Source: Antedon mediterranea
Taxonomy: Eukaryota > Animalia > Echinodermata
Direction: 5' to 3'
Assembly (NCBI RefSeq): GCF_964355755.1
Contig: NC_092674.1
Coordinates: 3,348,001-3,412,000 of the forward strand
DNA: 64,000 nt
Shown here: positions 25,575 through 38,899 of the stretch, one piece after another
Position numbering within the stretch: position 1 is the first letter of the stretch
Layout of the letters: every line of letters begins with the position of its first letter
Notes under the pieces: generated by a model
The model's input: the letters and a program-made list of their open reading frames with translations, nothing else
The model's database searches: none
Told to the model about the DNA's origin: nothing
Translations under genes and position numbers: made by a program

Positions 25575-25991
25575 AAGCACCTAAGCTAAACCAATAAATA
25601 AATTAAATATTAATTATATTATTTATATATTATATTATCAAAAATTTAACATCAGCCATGTCATTTTCCCTTTCCATTTCTAATTGCTTAAATTAATATC
25701 TCGGCTATTTACATACAATACAAGGCAACCTAATATATTGACTCAATGTTTAAATTGTTTATTCAGAAAACATAATCTTTCTCGTGATGGATTTTTAAAC
25801 ATATTTCTTCATATTGATCCTAATATCAATTCATCTTCATCGAAATTTGCATCTGTGGATAAATGATAAATAAACTGTATATAAAAACAAGATTAAAATA
25901 TTAACAGCATTGATATGTATGTAAAATGTTAACAAAATATTGTTATTTATTCATAAAACAAATATTGAATGACTTATACTGGTAAGCATAT

Positions 25992-27742
25992 GTGACCTGC
26001 TCTGGCAAAGTGAAACATAAGTCGAAAATTTAAATTTTTCAGATTTGTATTCTATCTGGTAGGAAATGTTATATCCTTTACAATGATACCAAACTTAATA
26101 TTTAACATGAAGGGGATCCCGAGATATTGTACGTTAAGTCGAAGCATGTATAAAGAAATATACAAATAACAGTTTTGAGAAAATCATGATTGAATGTCAA
26201 TGTTATTTTATAAAACAACAACACAAATTAATATTTGTTAATCTAATAGTGTATACTTTCTAAGTATCACACATTCACAAAATATGATACAATGAAATGT
26301 TTTTTGGTAGGATATTGATTACTGTGACAATGCATACAAAAAAATATTTCCACATTCTATGTTAAGTACATACTTGTGTTTCTTTTAAGCACTTGCTTAA
26401 AATGGTAAAAAAGGGGGTAAATTAATGTTTTTACACTTAAAAAACTGTATTATTCTTTAAGAATTAATTAAATGTATATAATAAATTAAGTTATATAACA
26501 TTAAATACCATTTCTTGAACTACTGGATTTAAGTACGTTCTTAAAAGTTACTTAAATAATTTAAATTTTATTTGTGTAGTGCCTGCTGATTAGATAACAA
26601 ATACAACTTAAATAACATTATGCGATTGCTTTAATCAATTAAATAATGGATATGTTTTAAGCACATACTAATGTATTAAGTTTGTTTTAAGCATTTACTT
26701 AAAATTGTGTAATGTTCATGAAATTATGTTGGTGTAAGTGCATAATAATAGCCTACAATAACATGAATTAATACAATACTTATTATGTAAAAACAATAAA
26801 TATGGTAGGCCTATGTGATATGTAGGCAAATAAAAGTGCCACTTAGGCCTAGCCTACCTATCCTAGCTAGGCCTATTTGCCCTGCAACCTACCTAGCTAG
26901 CCTACCTAGGCCTAGCTAGTCTAGTCTAGACCTGCTAGGCCTACCCTAGGGCCTAGCTAGGCTAGGACAAGTAGGCCTAGAAGGACCCAGCCTGGAGTCC
27001 AAAAGGCTACTTAGTAGGCCTAGGCTAGTCACTACACTGGCTGTAATAATTTAATATCATAGGTCCTTTGCTACTCTCATTATGTTTTTATTTTTTAGTC
27101 ATTGTATTTGGCCCAGGCCTAGGCCCTAGACTAGATCCATCGATTATCTTAAATCTGAATTGTTTACACTCTCTTCTCCGCGTAAAAAGTAAACAGGTCA
27201 AAGGTCATTATAAGGATAAGCCAATTACAGTACTGTATTTCTACTACGCGCTAGCCATTACGTGGCGTATCCTTGACAACGGATTTCTGTTGTGTAAAAA
27301 TCACGTCAGAGAAGCTTTTTACCTCCTCTAATTCCCGCTGAAGAAGCCAAAAATATTGAAAACCACTTGAAATACCCACTGAATATGGCTTATGAATATT
27401 TAAATTTTCAGACTCTACCATGTTTCTAAAGGTAGCTATACAAATATTTTCATAAACTGCACAGTTTTCTAACAGTGTTTCATGCACTTTATTTCATTTT
27501 TTTGCAACAAAATGAAATCAAGACAAAAAAGGTACTCATTAAAATCACTTATTTAGCCCTTTTATAAACTTAATTCACACAAAATGAAACTTGATCTTGA
27601 TTCTTAAATAGTTGTAGATTCCAAAAAGGGGAAAACCCTATTTTCACCAAGATAGTGATTTTTAACTTACATAGTACTTCTATAGGTCAATACACTGAAT
27701 AAAGATCAGCGAGTTATGTTTCACTATGCCAGAGCAGGTCAC
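25992..27742. mobile_element. 1751-bp non-autonomous DNA transposon, unit-1-specific, ATAT TSD, 33-bp TIR
   Basis: atat|gtgacctgctctggcaaagtgaaacataagtcg...cgagttatgtttcactatgccagagcaggtcac|atat. Empty site ggtaagc-atat-catagg at ~55334-55350. Confidence 0.92.
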
Positions 27743-27942
27743 ATATCATAGGCTGCATAATATCTCTATGGTTGCATTTGCATAAGTTAATTATTTACAC
27801 AGCATAGAGTGTCCGTAGTATGTAATGGATTGTACTTTCTAACAGTTAACAGAAGATAATTAAACTAAATATTGCTGGTTGATGGTAGACATTGCAATAA
27901 CACTGTTTGTATATATTGTGTTAAAACTGTGTAAAACATTCT

Positions 27943-28075
27943 CACTCCTGAGGACAATCAAAGCATATTGATCGAAACTTCAAGAAACCTAACAGTTCTT
28001 TTCAGAACTAATGTATGTGGTGTACCGCAAACTTTATATCAACATATGATTTCGCCATGCAAGCCTTCAAACAAT
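27943..28075 (+). mobile_element. Penelope-like terminal-repeat relic with a degenerate minimal hammerhead motif
   Basis: ctc-CTGAGGA-c-aatca(aagcatat)tgatc-GAAAC-ttc. Copy at ~55541. Confidence 0.5.
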
Positions 28076-28465
28076 ATAAAACTATGTACTTTGAAGATCA
28101 GTGCACTAGTACTGAAAGTGCCTGCAGAATAAAGAAAGAATAAATAAATAAATAAATAAATGTCTAAAAAAACTAATTTCACTCAATATTCTTGATTTGT
28201 GCAGTCCTACGTCGGTCTTTGTCTAGACTTAGAAACCAGTAAAAGAGAGTAAAGCTCTGTCTACACTATTTTGACCAAAAAAAATTGTCATTACCATACC
28301 ATTAATTAAAAATCATAACTCTTTGTTTTGTTAATTTTTATTGAATAATAATAAATTCATAACAAAAATCTTGAAAGTTGTTGTTTGCGTAGCATTCAAT
28401 CAACTGTATGAAGCACACTATATAATATAAGTCGACCATTATTATTAAAATGTATTATTAATGAC

Positions 28466-28700
28466 TTCGAAAAGGCGGGCAAAATTATACTCGGCCAGGA
28501 CTATGAGAGTTATGATGCTGCCTGTACTCGACTTAAAATCACTGGTCTTGCTAAACATAGAGAAAAATTAATATTAAAATTTGGAGAAGCCTGAATCCTT
28601 AAGTCAGAGATACATCGTGATGTGTTGCTGCTTAAAGAGATCTAGATTACGTAACCCCAATAAGCACTAATAGAAACTCAGCTATTCCATATTAATATTT
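28466..28700 (+). mobile_element. LINE ORF2 C-terminal fragment
   Basis: KIILGQDYESYDAACTRLKITGLAKHREKLILKFG...RNSAIPY. Confidence 0.65.
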
Positions 28701-29052
28701 AAAAACTGAATGCCTCTTGTTAATAATTGTGTAATATGACCACCTATGAAACGTTAAAAATAATCAATTGAAGAGCAGTGCCAATAACTTTAAGTTATTT
28801 ATATAGTATTATATTTTATTATTCCCATTTTAATTGTATTTTTCAAAGTTGTTTTGTAATATAGTTAATATAGTATGTGTTTTGTCACAGTGGATATGTG
28901 CATTACTGTATATAGATTATTTTATTTTTTAGATGGTGAAATTACAAGAGTTATTCAAAACGTTTTACCTTAGCAAACACAGCGGACGCAAGTTACAATG
29001 GCAACCAAACCTAGTTCATTGCGTCATGAAAGCCTCCTTTAAAAAGGTATTA

Positions 29053-29226
29053 CAGTCAACTCTCCCAATACCTTTGGGCTAACCGAATATGTCTGGTTTT
29101 CCGGAAAGTCTGGTATTCAGAATGTGTATTTAATGGTAAAAATGAATTTGGGACCTTTTGGACCTCAAGAAAAAAGTCTGGTTTTGGGAGAGTTTTCAGA
29201 GAGTCTGGTATTGGGAGAGTTGATTG
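29053..29226. mobile_element. Tc1/mariner (pogo-like) MITE, TA TSD
   Basis: ta|cagtcaactctcccaatacc...ggtattgggagagttgattg|ta. Inserted 6 nt after a CUL4 splice donor. Confidence 0.82.
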
Positions 29227-29581
29227 TATAATATTAAAAAATGTATTGTCCCCCAAAATATGAAAAATAAAGATGAGTAAAATCCAATTTTGAATAGGCC
29301 ATTTTTTAGATTTAATCAAGTTATTCAATTCTTAGCCGATTCCCTGTTTAATTGTAATAACTATATGAAAAATTAATTGATTATTTTTTTATATGAAATG
29401 TTTGCTGTTATTCGGTCATGTGCTGTCATAATTTATTTTGTATTTATGTTTTTTTTTCTTTTCCTTAGAGTATGAGAGAACTCAGCGTATCATCATTATT
29501 CCAAACTCTTGTATTACTTATGTTTAATGAAAGTACAGAGTGCACATTAGAAGACATTAAACAGGCAACAGGAATTGGTAA

Positions 29582-29660
29582 GCTTGTATGGTGACTTGGT
29601 TGTGAAGTGCCTGCCTTCCAATCCTATGGTCCGGGGTTCAATCCTGATCTAGCTCCAATG
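29582..29660 (+). mobile_element. tRNA-like SINE head fragment
   Basis: A-box-like tggtgacttggtt and B-box ggttcaatcct; no full cloverleaf. Confidence 0.4.
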
Positions 29661-31469
29661 TTGTAACGTACTCTTTTAACTCGACTGCTTCAGCCTCAAA
29701 TGAGACTAAAGTTCTGTCTACACTATCAAAGAAAATGTGATGTGCCCAATATGGTAGTGATATGACATCGTCGTGTCCATATTTGGGCACATCAATTTTT
29801 TTTTTTCACATTAAGTTCAATAGTGTAGACAGAGCTTTTGTTTATAATTAAATTATAGTTTATCTATCCTATCCTATTTTTTTTTTTATTTCTTGTTGTT
29901 GGATGTGTTTAAAAAAAAATTTGTAATTATAAAGAATTCCTAAATTTATAAAATTCCTCACCTAAAATAGGCTAGAAAATCATTTTTAGGCTAGTATACA
30001 CAGCTAAATGTTTACAGGATTTTTTTATAATTTTTTTCAGAGGATAGTGAGCTCCGAAGAACACTTCAGTCTCTTGCTTGCGGCAAGGCTCGGGTGATAC
30101 TTAAAACTCCCAAGGTAAGGATTCAATTTAACAGTGTTAACATTTTTAAATACGTTTTTCATTCTTCTAAAAATTGTAATTTTATTTTTATTTTATTTTA
30201 GAGTAAAGATGTGTTTGATGGTGATAAGTTTGTTTACAATACTCCCGACAGTTTCTGTCCCATTTTACGATCTCTAAAGACTAGAATATTGATTAATAGA
30301 TTTTTGATTGATATAATTGATTGATAGATTATTGGTTGATTGATTGATTATTGATTTATTGATAGATTGAGGAGCAAGTGAATACACAGGAACGCGTCTT
30401 CCAAGACCGACAGTATCAAATTGATGCAGCAATTGTGCGCATCATGAAGATGAGGAAGAAGCTAAGTCACGCACTATTGGTCTCAGAGCTCTATAACCAG
30501 TTGAAGTTTCCAGTAAAGGTAAGTGCTGTTTTTGTCACTTTTTATTCCCAGTGTGCAGATGTTTGTTTGTTTATGGTTGATTACTACACAACCAATCATA
30601 TTCTTTATATTTTGCTTCACTTTTTTTGTTTTGCCTTTATTTTTTATATACATTTCATTTTTTATGTGCTTTTAATTTTTCATAAGGAGGCACTTGCATC
30701 ATTCCTTTTCAGTTTCAATTCCACGTATTCCTAAATAATTAAAATAAATAAGATAAATAATTCATTCAAATCATTTTGTATCTTTATTTTGGACTTTAAA
30801 TTCATAGAAAACAGCACATAAATAACAAAAGTCAATCCACAAATTAGACATGAGTTTAACTTAACTTGACAACAAAAGCTCTTTCATTTTTTAACCTAAC
30901 CTAATATTTTGTACGAAGCTATATAAAAATGTTCTCGTAAATTTGGTAAATAAAGAGTACATTAAATTTTAGATGAGTGAAATTTATTACAGATTTTAAA
31001 TATAGAAGTGATTGTTAAGCTCTGCTACAAAATGTATTGTGCCCAAATATGGTAGTGATATGACATCATCATGTCCATATATGAGCACATCACATTTTGT
31101 TGTCACAAAGTTAGATAGTGTAGACAGAGCTTAACTCGGCAAGTTTTCACGATTGGAGCATGCATCCTTACATGTTGCTTTTTCTGCTTGCTTAGTACCT
31201 ACTTGCTTATATATGTTTGTAGTACTATGATGAATAAAGTATTTTTTTCTTTTGTGTGCTTGTGTTTTTTCTTCATTTTCTGACAGCAACCTTAATCAAT
31301 GCTTGGAGATCTAACATAAAATAAATAAGGAAAATAATAATTGTAGTAGTAGTAATGGGTTGCATATGTAAGCTAGGTTGTGAATATGGTTATATTATAT
31401 GGTCATCATAGTGTCATATGATGTCCCATCATGTCTAGGAGGGTCGCGTCACTTATGGTCGCAACCTCC

Positions 31470-31543
31470 CCTGTAGGATTACATATCCTGTAGGATTACA
31501 TGTCCTGTAGAATCACATGTCCTGTAGGATTACATGTCCTGTA
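31470..31543. repeat. 17-bp minisatellite x4 (cctgtaggattacatgt)
   Basis: Directly visible. Copy at ~59076. Confidence 0.9.
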
Positions 31544-32680
31544 ACCCAACAATTTCTAATTTAAATTTAAAAAAATATTATTAAATATTAGCATGAATCA
31601 AACTAAATATAGGTAGATTTCACTAATTAACCTGATTTTACCCAGAATGCATTTGTTTTTATTCGCAGCCAACAGATTTGAAGAAACGAATAGAAAGCTT
31701 GATAGAGCGCGATTACATGGAACGAGATAAGGACAGTTCCAATCAGTACCATTACGTAGCATAGACAATTATATACAAATTCACACAGCAAATAAATAAG
31801 ATTGTGTGTGTTCTATGGCAGTTGAAGGAAGGTTGCTGTGGATGTGGGATGACTAAAGCTCTGTCCACACTATCAAACTAGTGTGATGTGCCCAAATATG
31901 GTAGTGATATGCCAAAATATGATAGTGATATGATGTCATCGTCTCCATGTATGGGCACATAACATTTTGTTGTCATTATAAAGTTTGAATGTGTAGACAG
32001 AGCTTAATCGTACAGAGACAATAATCATTATTATATACATATGTATGCTTACACATCGATGTGGTCATGGCTTCTGCTTGTTTCCACTTGGATGCAACGC
32101 AATGACTTAAAGAGCACCACAAGTAATCATCCAATCTAGCGCTTGTGATAGGTCAACAGTGCCCATATATGGACTTGATGTCATACCCATACCATATTTA
32201 GGCACATCACACTTTTTTTTGTCAAACTAGTTTGACAGTGTAGACAAGGCTTAAGCATTCACAGATTATCATGAAATCATCAGGTGATTGGTAACATTGT
32301 TGCATCATACCATCCAAAGGTCATCCATGTGGTTGGAACGGTGACCTGATTATGTTTAATATCACAAAAACTTGACCGCTGTGTATTTTCTGGACAATTT
32401 CGTCCTTCTACGGCTGCTGTGAAATACTTTGATATTATTTGCTTCTTTGGTATTTAAGAATTTCTGTGACAACTTATCCAATTATAAATGTATTTTTTTG
32501 TTTATCCGTAATCAAAATGGCGCTCGAATAGCCTTAAGTTGTGTTTACATTAAGCCTGGATTTGGTTCCATGGCAGGAGTATGAAATGCGTTAGTGTGAA
32601 CAGATGTATTATAAAGCTTGATTCCTACTATGACTCAACGCAGTGAAGATATTTAGAGCACTCAAAAGCGAACAACAACC

Positions 32681-32908
32681 GGTTACGTCATTGTGTTGCT
32701 CACTTCTGATTGGTCAAATTACCTACGTTGCAGGTTACGTCATTCTTTTGCTTGCTTCTGATTGGTCAAATTACCGACGTAGCCGGTTACGTCATTGTGT
32801 TTCTCACTTCTGATTGGTCAAATTACCTACGTTGCGGGTTACGTCATTGTGTTGCTCGCTTCTGATTGGTCAAATTACCTTCGTTGCGGGTTACGTCATT
32901 GTGTTGCG
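32681..32908. repeat. 52-bp tandem repeat x4.4 inside a family-2-like MITE
   Basis: Units start at 32681, 32733, 32785, 32837, 32889 (ggttacgtcattgtgttgctcacttctgattggtcaaattacctacgttgc). Copy at 60287. Confidence 0.9.
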
Positions 32909-33370
32909 CCTCGGTGAGAACCACAATTTGTCACAATTCTTTATCTGGCCACTGTATCGGAATTTGAACTCACTGTGTGAATGCAGCTTTATGACGGTAT
33001 TGCCATAATGATTATGGAAAGTACTTGCACGTGTAAACGACGCATAACGGTATATGATAAGAAAGAATGTACCTTGTAATAAATGCGCTTTTATAAATGC
33101 TTGTTATTATTTATTACTAGGGATCACCAAGATTGGAGGGATTGGGGTGGGTGTGGGCTTGTAGTGCGAACAGTGCAGGATCTGGACAAGCTTTTCGGTA
33201 CTTTCTAGTACTACTGTAAAACGTATGACATAAACTTTAATACCGTATGCGATTTGTCTAATCTCAAAGAACCATAGGCCCAATCATACATTTAGTGCCG
33301 AGACCTTTTTCAATTATTAAGTAATTGTTATGTAACCACCGCCATCATGTCACTTATACTTCTTAAGTTC

Positions 33371-33741
33371 TAGGAAGCTGTCGATTCGCGACGAATATGG
33401 GGTTAGGGTTAACTACAATACGCATAATGGGTTGTCGGTCGTCGCCTGAACCTAGAAACCGCCACACAACTGAGTGTCGTCGAGGAATGGCGTAATGCCT
33501 GGTTTCCACTAGAGACGCGACACAACGAAGTAAAGGGATTTGACCAATCACAAGAGATGGAGTTATTCGACCGTCGCTTGTCATTGGTCAACTCGTTTGC
33601 GTTGCGTCTACGTCCTTGCGTTGCGTTCTAGTGGGAACCAAACTTTAGGAAGCGCTTATGCCTACCAACGTCCCTGCATGCGCACAATGAATTAGCTCGA
33701 CTTTACTTGCTTGTCAGTCGTCGCAAATCGAAAGCTTTCTA
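33371..33741. mobile_element. TIR element with a nested family-2 MITE (33496-33644)
   Basis: taggaagctgtcgattcgcgacga...tcgtcgcaaatcgaaagctttcta (24 bp, 3 mismatches). Nested element: gcctggtttccactag...ctagtgggaaccaaac. Confidence 0.7.
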
Positions 33742-34794
33742 CTGGCACCACCACGGCGATCCATACACTATGGCTTTCTTAGTTTCTTACTTACCCGGGT
33801 GGTGAGTTGGATTTGCTAACTTTGGTGGGCGGGTCACAAACTTACTCGGGTACGATAAATAAGTCTGACGGGGTTACATGTTAACAACTCTCTGATTAAA
33901 CTAACATTTACACTAATCATAATTTGGTTTGCGCCTTATAATCATTGTTTAACAGGTTTAACGTTTTTTTGTTTTACCAATTAAAGGCAACGGCGGGTTT
34001 TAAATTGGATTTAGACGTATACTTCACATGTTCCAGAGTGTAGATATTGTTTATATATTGGGTTCAATAACTGGTGTAGCTAATTAACAATGTATAACAA
34101 TATTCAATAATTAGCCAATGAATAAGATTAACTAGAACTAATAAAAATCTGTGTAAAAAAGTGACTTCGGAAATGTACTGAATATTGTAGCCTTTATTTT
34201 AGTATTACATTTCAGAAAACGAAAAAAACTAAAAAATTTGTTCACGACGTCGTACGTACGTTTCTCGGAGAATAATTATAGATATTTGTGTGTTGGTTTT
34301 TCATGAAAATTGTTAAATATTATAGCAATACTGATAAAGCTTGAACGCAACGCAAGGACGTAAACGCAACGCAAGCGTTTTAACCAATGACAAGCCAAGT
34401 TATAGACAGTTAGCAATCACAAGCGAATAAGCCATCGCTTGTGATTGGTCAATTCACTTGCGTTGCGTTACGTCCCTGTGTTGCGTCGCTAGTGGGAACC
34501 ACGCTTTATATTCCGGTACTGCGTTTTGTATTACGTATGTAGTCAAAATCTCAGTACTGCATAATATTACTAAATGATAAGTGTTGTTACGTTAAATCAA
34601 GCAGTGGTGGAGGTTTGACGCCAGAGAGAGTTGTTGGGTACACCAGAGAGAGTTTTTGGGTGTCAGAGAGAGTTGTTGGGTGTCAGGGAGAGAGAGTTGT
34701 TGGGTACCAGAGAGAGTTGTTGGATGAGGGAGTTGTTGGGTGCCATATTGCACTAAGCCAAACGTTGTGGCACCTTTTAATTCCCCTCTATCCA

Positions 34795-35487
34795 TTTTAT
34801 TTTATTAATTTTAGCAACATTAAAACAATACAAAACTTGAGTGTGCCAAGGAGTGGCAAAAGAGGTCAAAGGACCACTGTCGCCATAAGGCAGCACTCAA
34901 AGCATACATACATAAAACAATGTAAATATGTAATATTAATACCATAATTGTATACATTAAAGAGGCATAGTGTTTTTAAAGTGGTCCATTAACATGTTTT
35001 TAAATTGTACCCAACTTCCGCATACAAAGGCGTCTTTAATATTGACCGGTATTGAATTCCACAAACAAATAAATCTGGTTGGGATACAATGCTTTCCACT
35101 ATCAGTTTTGGATGCAAGGTGTTTAAAAGTTAGAACATCCAAATGCCTACAATTGATAGTCAACATATTTAAAATAAAACTATTCTATTCTGTAATTTAT
35201 ATAATATATTTGTAACAAAAATAACGGTAAAATAATCTCGATTTGATTCAGCTGTCATCAAATTCAGTCTAGTTAATCGGTCAGAATATGGCTGATCTAA
35301 GATTCGTTGATGAAGGATAAATCGACTTGCCATTCTTTGAATTTTCTCTATCTTATTAATATGACATTGACGATAAGGATACCAAACAGGGGAGCAATAT
35401 TGGATATGGGGAAGAACAAGACATTTATAAAGTTTAAGTAAAACAGATGTAGAACAACCTGTGGCAATTAGGCCTAATATAGCCAAT
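34795..35487 (-). mobile_element. CR1/L2-group LINE fragment, unit 2 copy
   Basis: Same ORFs as 7770-8462. Confidence 0.85.
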
Positions 35488-37574
35488 AGCTGAATGCGGG
35501 ATGATTCAGGTGTGACGGGTCGAATCGGCCCACTTTTTAGGCCGATATAATGTCTGACTAAGAGTGGCTTCTAATTTCATTAGACTCTCGGTAGGTTTTT
35601 ATGATATAAAATATTGTAAAGTACATTACATTCTAACATTTTGAATGTTTTGTTATTTTGGGAGGATTTTTAATTGTTCGCGCTTTACTTTTATGTAATT
35701 TATTTTCAAGAAGGAGTGTAGAAGTCTAAGTACAAACAAAGAGGGTTGCAATCATATTTACTTCTTTCTAATTAGACCTACAACACCAGAAAACATGGTG
35801 TTGTTCATCTTAAAAACAAACCATTAAACATTCTTACCACCACAAATCAAGACATTCAATTGAACAACAGGAGAAATGATATAACATACTTTTGTAAGCT
35901 TTTACAAAACATGACAATTTACCAGACGACTATGAAATGCAGGATTAAGTCCTATTCCAAACTTGAGGACGGAAAATAACTGATATGAAATAATAATCAT
36001 CAATAAGCGTCTATTATTTCGATATATTTACACGAACAAAACAAGAACAAAGATACCGATGTATATTAAAAATCAATATCAACGAGATTCTGTTCTGCTA
36101 GTTGCTATTGTGTAGTGTGACTGCTAATAAATATTCATTAAAATTAGGATAAAATTGCTGGTGGTAGACAACATTAATTATTTCAATAATGCGGTACTTT
36201 TTTTCTGTTGTTTCACAGTTTCATGTACCTTTTTCACTGAAACGCACCGAATCAATAACAATAATAGTCTATTAGGTCTTGGTCAGGTGTGTAAAGCCCT
36301 TAACTGTACGCGCCGCATGTGACGTGATCCTTAGCCTGACCGTAGCAGGTGTGAAAGGCCCCTTAACTGTACACGCCGCATGTTACGCGAATCTGAACCT
36401 TAGCCGGTGTGAAAGACCCTTAACTATCCTAAAGCTATTTGAACGTTTTGTCTTTATACAAACACTTACTTTGAAATGAAATGAAATGATTGCTTGTTAA
36501 GATACCCGTATAACATATAATGATATGTAGATTGGAATTAATTTATGCAAGAAGTCTACTTAAAGATGTATTGTCCCTTTGTCAAATTCCAAAAAACAAA
36601 AACAAATAAGATTTCGAAAAAAAGTGGGTCATTTTGAAGGATAAGTATCATAATAGATACAATACAGATGTTTTTTGGTTCAAAAAATAACTTTGACTTC
36701 CAGTCAAAGTTTTCGATCAAAACATATCTCATAATGCAACGAGCTTATTTGGCTACTCGGTATGCATTAATCATAAAACTTCCTCGCGATCTGTGTGAAA
36801 ACACCTTCTCAACCGTGACGAGTTGTAAACAATCCTAATTAGCATCATGCATAATGTATACTCATGGTTTGAAATCTTTGTTTACTTTCGCTCGTGACGA
36901 TTTCCAGACGAAATGTAATCAAATTAATTTAGCTGTTAAGTACGTAAAATTGTTGTTTTTGGCTTGAATTTTCGACTTAAAGTGATTAACTTTAATTTTA
37001 CTTTTAATATGGCCAATTTAAATTTAGAATATTTTTACCTTCATTTTTGTGTGTTTAAAGTGACAATACATCTTTAAACTATCAAAATGTCCGGTAATAC
37101 CACCAGTATAGTTAACAGGTTTGCCAATGTCAAGTGTATATCCTACTATTATACATTTTTTAAATAAAAAAAGTGAATTTAATCGTGGCTGCCTGAAAGT
37201 GGAGAAGATGGAAATTAATCAACACCTTTTTGAATGCGCCTTGAGCACTCTTGAGTGGTATGTGCGCTATAAAAATCCTGTTATTATTATTATTATTACC
37301 TACCTACTTTAGTAATCTTGATAATCATTAATTCTGGTAAGAAAAGTTATTTTATTATTTGAAACACGGGTAAGGTGACGAAGATACGTTCATTTTGTCG
37401 CAATAAATTAAATTATTAGAAAACAAGTTTTTATTTGATAAATGTTTTTCCTTTTTCTAAATGAAGGATTAAAAAAGCATGGACCTATAAATGTATAGGT
37501 TGTACATTTGTAATTGGTTAGCATTATTTTTAGTGTTACTAATCGATTGATTATTGTACTGTTTTCCTTTTCAG

Positions 37575-38899
37575 CTATACTTTGTACTTCTTTACAATGT
37601 ACTCCTAAACAAGATATCCTGATGGTCAATAATTCAGTGTTTTCGTGAGTGTGAGTTTCCCGCTAAACCGAGATTGTGCGAATTTGAGTTCACGGTAACG
37701 TGGTGGTATACGTTAGCAGCGGCTTGTACGGACTGTCCAGATGTCCGACAAAACTGTAGTGCATATCGCTGTTATTCGGTAGACGGTTCACGTAGACCAA
37801 TTTTAACGGTTAATGAAATGTCACCTGGTCCAAGTATTCAGGTACAAATTTCATCTTTGTCGCAGAAGCTACCACCACATCGCTTAGCGTCTAAATCTTA
37901 ATTTAAATAAATAGTAATTTCAGATATAACATATTTTAAAGTTAACACAGTATTTATATTTACCCAGTCAGTTGGGTTCTGTTTCGTTGCAGTTCATTCT
38001 GTAACCGCCCTTCACAGTTCAGAAAGGGGATCATTTTGGTTTTCTTTTTCCATGACTGGTGCATACTTCAAAAAGCCCGCTAGAAACAGAGTAATTACTA
38101 TAGGAAATTTGATCACTTTAGTTTGTAACTGCGAGTTTGCTTGTGTAGACTAAAGCTCAGTCTACACTATCAAAGTGTGATCTGCCCAAATAATATTTGG
38201 TAGTGATAGGATATCCATATATTGGCACATCGCATTTTTGTGTGCAGACAGAGCTTAAGCTTAATGGCAATTGAGGTATTAGTTTGACGACGTTCCTAAA
38301 AGTCATTGAAAAGTTTATTTTAAAATATAGGACTGTTTTTTGTGTGAATGATACCAACATTGTAGCCACTTGAGCCATAAGATATAGTATATAGGCCTAT
38401 TGTTTTGACGGCTCCCAAATTCCCCTTTAAATAAGGTATAGTTTTGTTACCACACTAATCTAACTGTGTTTATGTTCTATTAAACACAGTGTCTCGTTGG
38501 GGAAAAAAAGAATTATCCTATTATCTTTGTATTACCTTATTATTATCCTGTATTCTACAGTCGTGTTTTGTTTTATTTTAGAATCCGTAGATCCTGCCTT
38601 GAATACTGTTGATGTGAAGTACTATGTGGTAATGGGCATGCGCTCCGACGTTTTTATTTCGTCGAATCCAGAAGCCAACCTAACAACATTCTCGACAGTT
38701 TTTATCATGAACGATGTACAATTTGAATATCCTCATACACCGTTTGTTCATTACAACCAGATGATGACGTCAGCGCGTGTAAATGCCTCCATGGAATACC
38801 ACTGTGTATGTCGATGAACAGTACTGTGATATAAATAACAGTACAGATTCCAGTACAGCCTGTAAATGTCCTATCGTCGCTAAAGTGAAGCTAGGCCAG
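37575..38899 (+). pseudogene. laccase pseudogene C, unit 2
   Basis: Matches 10550-11874 at +27025 with the same lesions. Confidence 0.88.

Larger units (their letters stand above)
22316..31764 (+). pseudogene. CUL4: cullin-4, 3' half only (cullin homology to neddylation domain), unit 1; one exon broken
   Basis: Exons 22316-22420, 22617-22727, 23728-23813, 24423-24530, 28933-29046, 29469-29577, 30041-30114, 30202-~30240 (truncated), 30366-30518, 31669-31764. They encode [87 protein letters not shown]. No N-terminal CUL4 exons found upstream. Confidence 0.9.
6775..33799. repeat. 27-kb tandem segmental duplication, unit 1 (27,025 bp)
   Basis: ORF track repeats with offset 27025. Homology starts at tggtgagttggatt (6775, 33800, 61406). 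Confidence 0.96.

Noticed and set aside
26845-27130. taggcctag palindromic tract as a functional element
   Set aside because: Low-complexity motif scattered through the window and inside both private transposons. No specific structure.
32681-32908. CRISPR-like array
   Set aside because: Units are contiguous tandem repeats with no unique spacers, in a eukaryotic context with no cas genes.
6775-33799. 27-kb unit as a giant autonomous transposon
   Set aside because: No TIRs, TSDs, transposase or Rep/helicase seen. The edge pattern fits homologous recombination better.
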